IMG/VR virus record: IMGVR_UViG_3300020576_005736
DNA: 20,000 nucleotides
Source: an uncultured virus (IMG/VR IMGVR_UViG_3300020576_005736)
Taxonomy: Duplodnaviria > Heunggongvirae > Uroviricota > Caudoviricetes
Reading direction: 5' to 3' (one strand)
The position numbers and the translations under genes are program-made. A model generated the notes under the pieces. That model did not search any database, was not told the DNA's origin, and saw only the letters and a list, made by a program, of their open reading frames with translations. Shown here piece by piece: positions 14,146 to 20,000 of this stretch. Within the stretch, counting starts at the first letter, position 1, and every line of letters starts with the position of its first letter.

Positions 14146-15146
14146 AGTCGTGCACTCCTGCTCTGGCCGCACTGTTGGACAGCGGGATGTACCTGGACGG
14201 AACGTCACTTCCTGATACGTTCGTCCCGTTTGATCTCTACACAATAACACTGACTTCAGGAGTGGTGCAGACACTTACCACGGCCAACGTACCCATCTAC
14301 GCCCCAAGCACTGACATCTTTTCGGCGCCAAGTGTGTTTACCCCTGAGGCTGACGTGTGGTTCTCCGGAATGACGTGGCTTCCGAGCGTGATCGATGCCG
14401 GAGGAACCAGGTCTACTGGTCGGTGGAGAGTAGGTCTGGACACAGACACATGGACGATACATCTGTCGCCGAGGAAGACGCATCCTGTCACTGGCGCTGC
14501 GGATCCGGATACTGTGGCGGGCATTCCCTGGGCCACAGCTGCCAGAACAGGCATGCTCGACCACGCAGACGTCATCGTGTCGCGAGCATACTTCAGCTCG
14601 CTTCCGACGTATCCTGTACCGGATCCTGGTGCTGTTCCTGTTGGTACTCTGACGCTATTCCGTGGTACTATCGGAGACATGGAGATCACTGACTCCAGCA
14701 TCACCATTGTCGTCTCAGACTACAAGTCTGTCTTCGACCAGCTGGTTCCTCGAAATGTGTATCAGTCGGGGTGTCCCCACCAGCTGTACGACAGTCACTG
14801 TGGTCTCTCGTCGTCAGCATTTGCAGTCTCTGGAACGGTGGCGGCGGGCTCCACGCGGTCCAAGATCCGAGGAACTGTGTCGTCTCCGAGCGGGTCTGGA
14901 TCATGGGTCCTCGGAAGGATGAAGATTACGTCAGGGCCGAACGCAGGTATCAGCAGACTGATAACTGCCTGGAGTGCAACACCTGGGTTTACACTGATGA
15001 CACCGTTCCCGTACTCGGTGACACCGGGAGAGACGTTCATGGTCTATCCAGGGTGTAACAAGACCCTGGCAGCGTGCACTCTGTTCAATAACACCGTGAA
15101 CTTTGGGGGTAATCCGTTCATTCCAATCCCGGAGGTGTCACTGTGA
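14142..15146 (+). CDS. DUF2163 / BR0599-type baseplate hub (lambda gpL-like) protein
   Basis: CPHQLYDSHC and GCNKTLAAC...NFGGNPFIP cysteine motifs. Confidence 0.88.
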   Translation: MKSCTPALAALLDSGMYLDGTSLPDTFVPFDLYTITLTSGVVQTLTTANVPIYAPSTDIFSAPSVFTPEADVWFSGMTWLPSVIDAGGTRSTGRWRVGLDTDTWTIHLSPRKTHPVTGAADPDTVAGIPWATAARTGMLDHADVIVSRAYFSSLPTYPVPDPGAVPVGTLTLFRGTIGDMEITDSSITIVVSDYKSVFDQLVPRNVYQSGCPHQLYDSHCGLSSSAFAVSGTVAAGSTRSKIRGTVSSPSGSGSWVLGRMKITSGPNAGISRLITAWSATPGFTLMTPFPYSVTPGETFMVYPGCNKTLAACTLFNNTVNFGGNPFIPIPEVSL

Positions 15147-15574
15147 CAACCGTCTCTCGCCAGACAATTCTCGACGAGGCACAGTCATGGCTAGGGACAC
15201 CGTTCCATGACTGTGCCTCGGAGAAGGGCGTGGGTGTTGACTGCGCAATGCTGCTGAAGAAGGTCTTTGAGAACTCCGGGGCTGTAGAGTTGTTCGATGC
15301 CGGAATCTACTCTCCACAGTGGTTCCTGCATCGGGATCAAGAACTCTTCATGGACACTGTTCGTAGATACGCACGGGAAGTCTCAGAGGACGAGGTTCTG
15401 CCTGGCGACATTGTTCTGTACAAGATTGGAAGATGCTACGCTCACGGTGCAATCGTTGAGTCCTGGCCGCATAGCATAATCCACGCACACAAGGCATCTG
15501 GTAGAGTTATCAGGACTACTGCTGATGACTCTGATATGCGCGGGCGACTTCGGAAATTCTTCACACTGTGGTGA
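15143..15574 (+). CDS. NlpC/P60 family tail-associated peptidase
   Basis: WLGTPF..GVDC catalytic Cys, followed by HGAI and IIHA histidines. Confidence 0.9.
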   Translation: MTTVSRQTILDEAQSWLGTPFHDCASEKGVGVDCAMLLKKVFENSGAVELFDAGIYSPQWFLHRDQELFMDTVRRYAREVSEDEVLPGDIVLYKIGRCYAHGAIVESWPHSIIHAHKASGRVIRTTADDSDMRGRLRKFFTLW

Positions 15575-15578
15575 CTTC

Positions 15579-18500
15579 ATGGGCGGATTCTTTAGCACTG
15601 GAAAGAGGGTCAATAATCAGACCCCAGTTGCAACGAGCCTGCGCGCACAGACCTCTGTCCAAGGACGGGCGAAGACGATCGGGTGGGGGCAAAACCGAAT
15701 TGCCGGTAACGTTGTGTGGACGGGCGACTTCCGAGCCATCAAGCAGTCGTCTGGTGGTAAGGGAGGCGGAATCGGCGGTAAGGGTCAGCCTGGATCGTAC
15801 ACGTACCGGTCTTCGTGCATCATCTCGCTTGGTAATGGTCCTATCGACAGTGTTCGTACGCTCTTCAATGGAACAGCTGTAGACTTCTTCTATCCCCCGG
15901 ATGCCTCGGTTCTGGAGGACCTCAAGAAGCTAAATATCAAGCCGAAGTACAATGATCCTGCGTATCCTGCGACGTTTCTTCTGGGAACGCAGGTACAGAC
16001 TTCGTGGCCATATCTCTCGACAACGCATGCAACAGAGGCTCTTGCCTATCGTGGAGAGGTACTTGCCTGCTTCGCGAACTTGAACCTTAACAGCTCTCCG
16101 TCCATTCCGAACCTCACGTTCGAGGTGCGATGGGGACTGAACTCATCTGCAGGGAGCCCTGCTGCTGACGTCAACCCTGCCGATGTCATTGTGGATCTGA
16201 TTGGGAACGATGTCTATGGTCTGAATGGGTTTCCTAGCGCTCTTCTCGACTCTCTTGGTTCCTTTCGACTGTACTGTCGTGCACTGGGGTTGTTCGTTAG
16301 CCCCGTTCTCAACAGCCAGGTGGCTGCGTCCAGCTTCTTAATGGATCTGACAAAGAGCTTGTGCGCTGAGTTCCGCTGGAGTTCGGGGAAGCTCGCGATA
16401 GTCCCGTATGTAGACTACACTGTTACCGGTAACGGAGTGACCTTTACTCCGGACACGACAGCTCAGTATGTAATCTCTGAGGATGCTCTCATTCCGATCG
16501 ATGGGGACGGTGGTGCATCTGTAAAGCTGATTGTTAAGAGGGCTGCGCCCTCGAAGAAGGTGAACAAGGTTCAACTGGAGTATCTCGATCGCTCAAATCT
16601 CTATAATCCTGCGACCATCTACGCTGTGGATGAGGCTGGGGTGATCGATGCGGGGAGTGTTCGTCTTAGCGATCTTCGCAGTAATCATCACTTTTGCATG
16701 GAGTCTGCTGCGTCTGCTGCGTGTGGTCTTCAGCTGGAGAGAGAGCAACATACCACCCGGTTCACGTTCTGCCTACCAGGTAAGTTCGTGCGTCTCGACC
16801 CTATGGATATCGTCACGCTCAGCCTCCAAGACACTAGTCTTGGGCTCGTGAACGTCTCTGTTCGGATTCTTGAGATTACGGAGACGGACCAGCGTACTTT
16901 GATGTGTGTAGCGGAGGAATTCCTCGGTGTAGCTACTCCATCCAGTCGGGTTCATCAGCGTAGCAGTGGTGACGCCTCTAACTCAAACGTGGATCCAGGA
17001 GAGATCAATCCTCCGTTCGTGTTCGAGCCTCCGTGGAAACTTGCTGGTAGCCTGGAGATCTGGGTTGCTGTCTCAGGCGCGGACATTGCGAACTGGGGTG
17101 GATGCCATGTGTGGGTGTCCTTTGACGGAGTTTCGTACTCACGTGCAGGCTCGATTGAAGAGCCAGCCCGGACGGGCGCACTCGTGCAGTCTCTCGCCAC
17201 CATCGCAGTATCCGGGGACAACCCAACACTTGACAACACTCACACACTTCGAGTGTCAACAGCTGAGAGTGGTGGAGAGTTGTTCTCTGGATCGTCGCAG
17301 GATGCTGGCGTTGGTAACACTTTGCTTCTCGTTGGTAATGAATATCTCTCCTACACAACAGCCACGCTCGTGGCACCATCTGTGTACGATCTGACAGGTC
17401 TCGTGCGAGGTCTGCACGGCACTACAAGCACTGTCTCGGCCCATGCTGTGGGTACTCGCTTCGTTCGTGTTGATGACACTGTGTTAAAGATTCCGTACAC
17501 AGCGGCCCAGATTGGGTCGTCAGTGTACGTCAAGATGACGTCATTCAACATCTTCGGTACGTCCGATGTATCTCTCGCTGATGTTGATCCGGTCACTATC
17601 ACTCTGGCCGGGACGAGCAGAACTCCGGCTACCCTCAGCGCTCTTGGGATCGAGAGCGAGATTGATGCTGCGATCTCGGATGCGATTGTTGCTGAACTCG
17701 TGCCAATCTCGGCTGCGATTGAGGTGAACGCTGACGCTAACCGAGTGGCTCATGCAGCGGATGACGAGCTCCGTCGTATGATCGTTGTCGGCTCTGAGGA
17801 CGTGCACCTAAACAGTGCAGCTGGCCACATGGTGGCTCAACAGCTCGCTGCCGACGCTCTTGGAGCTGCTGACAGAGCAGCTGCAGCCGTAGAACGGACG
17901 CAACAGATTGTCTCCGATGCGAGTGAGCAGGCTGCATCTGACCGCCTTGTAGTGGCTGCTAAGATTGACGACAGCTTTGCAGCTGTCGCTCAGGTGGAGA
18001 TCGCATCCGTCAATCGCGACAGGTCTATTGCGGGAACCATCGATCAGACAGTTGCCACTATCAACGGAGAAACTGGCACTCTGGACGCGGCTGTGGCCAG
18101 CATGGAGGCTCGCCGTGCCGGAGAGGCTGCGTCGGCGCTGGCCGCGCAAGCTCTTGCGGGAGTGGACAAGTCAAGTGTTGCTCTTGCTGAATTGGATAGA
18201 TCGCTCGCATCGGATCGGAGTGTCTGGATCGCTCGCATCGGGGAGGCTGAGTCTGCCATCGAGCGACAGACGCAAGTGATGACTGAAGCCGACCAAGCTC
18301 TGGCTCAGGACATCCTTACTCTATCAGGAACTGTGTCGACAGACCTCGCGACAGTTGACGGTCGTATCGACACTCTAGATCAGGTGCTTGCTACAGAGCA
18401 GGCTGTATCAGCAAGTCGCTCGGACACGCTGACATCAGGTATTGCTTCTGGTGAGCAGGATGCCGCCCTGATTGCGGCCCTTGCCCATTTTGCTGCAGGG

Positions 18501-20000
18501 GAGCAGATAGGTCAGCTATCCCAGACAGTGAATATCACTCTGTCCGGTATCAAGAGGTCTGAGTCGACTGTTAGTGACCTTACAAGGTCAGTTGCGGATA
18601 TCTCTGACGTCATGACAGCCCGCTTTGGTATAATCAGCGCGGACTACACAAGTTTGGTGCAGGCACAGGCGTCAGCACTCGGGGCGCTGACGGCGTCGGT
18701 CGTCGGCATTTCGGCCACGTCGTCGGCCGGCACGGCGGGCGGGCGCATTCAATTCGTCACGTCGTCGTCGCCCGGCTCCGGCGTGCAAGCGGCTTATGAA
18801 TTGCAGGTCAGCGGCACGGTCGGCGGTGCATTCAATGCGGCCGGACTGCGCGTGCAATACAACACGGACGGGTCGACGGCGATTGTGCTGTCAGCCGACA
18901 GGTTTTTTGTCGAGGCCGGCGCGTCGCGCCGGACGGTGTTCGTCGCCAATAGCGACGGGTTCACCCTCGCCGGCGTGACGCGGTTCGAGTCGACCGTGCG
19001 CTCGATCGCGACGAATGCAGACGGCTCGCCTAAGTGGCAGATCAAGCCGACGGGCGAGATCATCGCGACTGACGCCATGATCTCGGGCATCATCAAGGGC
19101 GCGACGCTGGACGTGGGCGAGGCGCTGCGCTTTGGCGACGGCGCCCGTCTGCGCAACGGGCAATTACCGTGGCCGTATGCGTTTTTCGACTACCTGCACG
19201 AATTTTATGTCGACCCGTCGCTTGCTGTGCAGCGCGTCGGCATTTCGCCCGAGCGCATCGGGCTCGCGTTGAATATCGCGCAACTCGGCATCGACTCCGC
19301 GTCCTCCGCGTCTCTCGACGCCGACCGGAAATTGATGGCGCCTGTCGGCGCGGGCAACGGGACGCTCGGCGCCTGGCTGATGCCGGACGGGACGTTCCGC
19401 AAGACGGGCTCGCTCACGACGTTGCCCACTTATGGCGACCAATCGCAGGGCGACGTGCATCCGCTGATCTGGGATCCGGATTTCTCACTGCAAAGCGGGA
19501 CGCCGAAGACCTGCATCTGCTGGGCGCGCGGCGAGGATGAAATGCTCACGGTTCCGGCCGGCGTATCGTCGCTGACGCTCAAATTGTGGGGAGGCGGCGG
19601 ATCGTGCCCCACAACTCTCATCTCACGCACGGCCGGCGCTGGCGGCGCAGTGCAACTCACGCTTGCTGTTACGCCGGGCGAGAAACTGCGAATTACGGTC
19701 GGTCTCGGCGGCTGCTTCGGCGACGCGCGGACGTTTGGATATTGGTCAGGCGCGAGCGCGCCGCATGTGGATAGCCCGATCAACGGGTTCGCGCGCGCCG
19801 GCAAGGGGCTGTTCAACGCGACGCCGCTCCAGACCGCGAGCGGCGGCGGCGCGACGATGGTCTCGCGCATCAATGCGGATGGGTCTGAGACGATCCTCGG
19901 CATTGCCGGCGGCGGCGGCGCGGCGTCGACTAGCGCGGACGGAACGCCCGGTGGACCCTACCAGTCCGGCGTGACCGGCGGCGCGGGTGGCGCCGACGGC
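15579..20000 (+). CDS. large tail-tip / host-specificity (gpJ- or megatron-like) protein, 3'-truncated (>1474 aa)
   Basis: ATG 15579 (MGGFFSTGKR...GNVVWTGDF..GGKGG..YTY). Absent from the ORF track, consistent with a frame open to the window end. Contains an Ala-rich helical middle, a gpJ-like 'LSADRFFV' segment and a Gly-rich domain (TVPAGVSSLTLKLWGGGG). Confidence 0.9.
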   Translation, partial: MGGFFSTGKRVNNQTPVATSLRAQTSVQGRAKTIGWGQNRIAGNVVWTGDFRAIKQSSGGKGGGIGGKGQPGSYTYRSSCIISLGNGPIDSVRTLFNGTAVDFFYPPDASVLEDLKKLNIKPKYNDPAYPATFLLGTQVQTSWPYLSTTHATEALAYRGEVLACFANLNLNSSPSIPNLTFEVRWGLNSSAGSPAADVNPADVIVDLIGNDVYGLNGFPSALLDSLGSFRLYCRALGLFVSPVLNSQVAASSFLMDLTKSLCAEFRWSSGKLAIVPYVDYTVTGNGVTFTPDTTAQYVISEDALIPIDGDGGASVKLIVKRAAPSKKVNKVQLEYLDRSNLYNPATIYAVDEAGVIDAGSVRLSDLRSNHHFCMESAASAACGLQLEREQHTTRFTFCLPGKFVRLDPMDIVTLSLQDTSLGLVNVSVRILEITETDQRTLMCVAEEFLGVATPSSRVHQRSSGDASNSNVDPGEINPPFVFEPPWKLAGSLEIWVAVSGADIANWGGCHVWVSFDGVSYSRAGSIEEPARTGALVQSLATIAVSGDNPTLDNTHTLRVSTAESGGELFSGSSQDAGVGNTLLLVGNEYLSYTTATLVAPSVYDLTGLVRGLHGTTSTVSAHAVGTRFVRVDDTVLKIPYTAAQIGSSVYVKMTSFNIFGTSDVSLADVDPVTITLAGTSRTPATLSALGIESEIDAAISDAIVAELVPISAAIEVNADANRVAHAADDELRRMIVVGSEDVHLNSAAGHMVAQQLAADALGAADRAAAAVERTQQIVSDASEQAASDRLVVAAKIDDSFAAVAQVEIASVNRDRSIAGTIDQTVATINGETGTLDAAVASMEARRAGEAASALAAQALAGVDKSSVALAELDRSLASDRSVWIARIGEAESAIERQTQVMTEADQALAQDILTLSGTVSTDLATVDGRIDTLDQVLATEQAVSASRSDTLTSGIASGEQDAALIAALAHFAAGEQIGQLSQTVNITLSGIKRSESTVSDLTRSVADISDVMTARFGIISADYTSLVQAQASALGALTASVVGISATSSAGTAGGRIQFVTSSSPGSGVQAAYELQVSGTVGGAFNAAGLRVQYNTDGSTAIVLSADRFFVEAGASRRTVFVANSDGFTLAGVTRFESTVRSIATNADGSPKWQIKPTGEIIATDAMISGIIKGATLDVGEALRFGDGARLRNGQLPWPYAFFDYLHEFYVDPSLAVQRVGISPERIGLALNIAQLGIDSASSASLDADRKLMAPVGAGNGTLGAWLMPDGTFRKTGSLTTLPTYGDQSQGDVHPLIWDPDFSLQSGTPKTCICWARGEDEMLTVPAGVSSLTLKLWGGGGSCPTTLISRTAGAGGAVQLTLAVTPGEKLRITVGLGGCFGDARTFGYWSGASAPHVDSPINGFARAGKGLFNATPLQTASGGGATMVSRINADGSETILGIAGGGGAASTSADGTPGGPYQSGVTGGAGGADG

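Noticed and set aside
15568..19974. Short ORFs listed in the track across the tail region
   Set aside because: Out-of-frame or antisense to the single long + ORF starting at 15579.

Overview
Fragment of a tailed dsDNA phage genome, probably infecting an alphaproteobacterium (inferred from the RcGTA-like tail-tip module). It spans the divergence point between two arms. The leftward (- strand) early arm, 1-9460, carries a GHKL-like ATPase fragment, an ATP-dependent DNA ligase, about 20 small hypothetical genes and a family of sigma70-like TTTAC(T/A/G) promoters. The rightward arm, 10607-20000, carries two hypotheticals, terS and terL, then runs directly into DUF2460, DUF2163, NlpC/P60 and a >1474-aa tail-tip protein that leaves the window. 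Three signals stand out. (1) A ~1-kb leading region (8767-9750) is almost free of TC/TG and, in its distal 650 bp, also of GA/CA. It contains a promoter, leader, SD, stop codon and 99-aa protein that all obey this rule. (2) That protein is one of four paralogs sharing an uncharacterised 'NPKxP...Y...D..KG(Y/F)' domain. (3) Two type II hammerhead ribozymes with covarying pseudoknots lie between early genes (3828-3889, 6857-6925). All calls come from reading the sequence by eye; no database searches were run.
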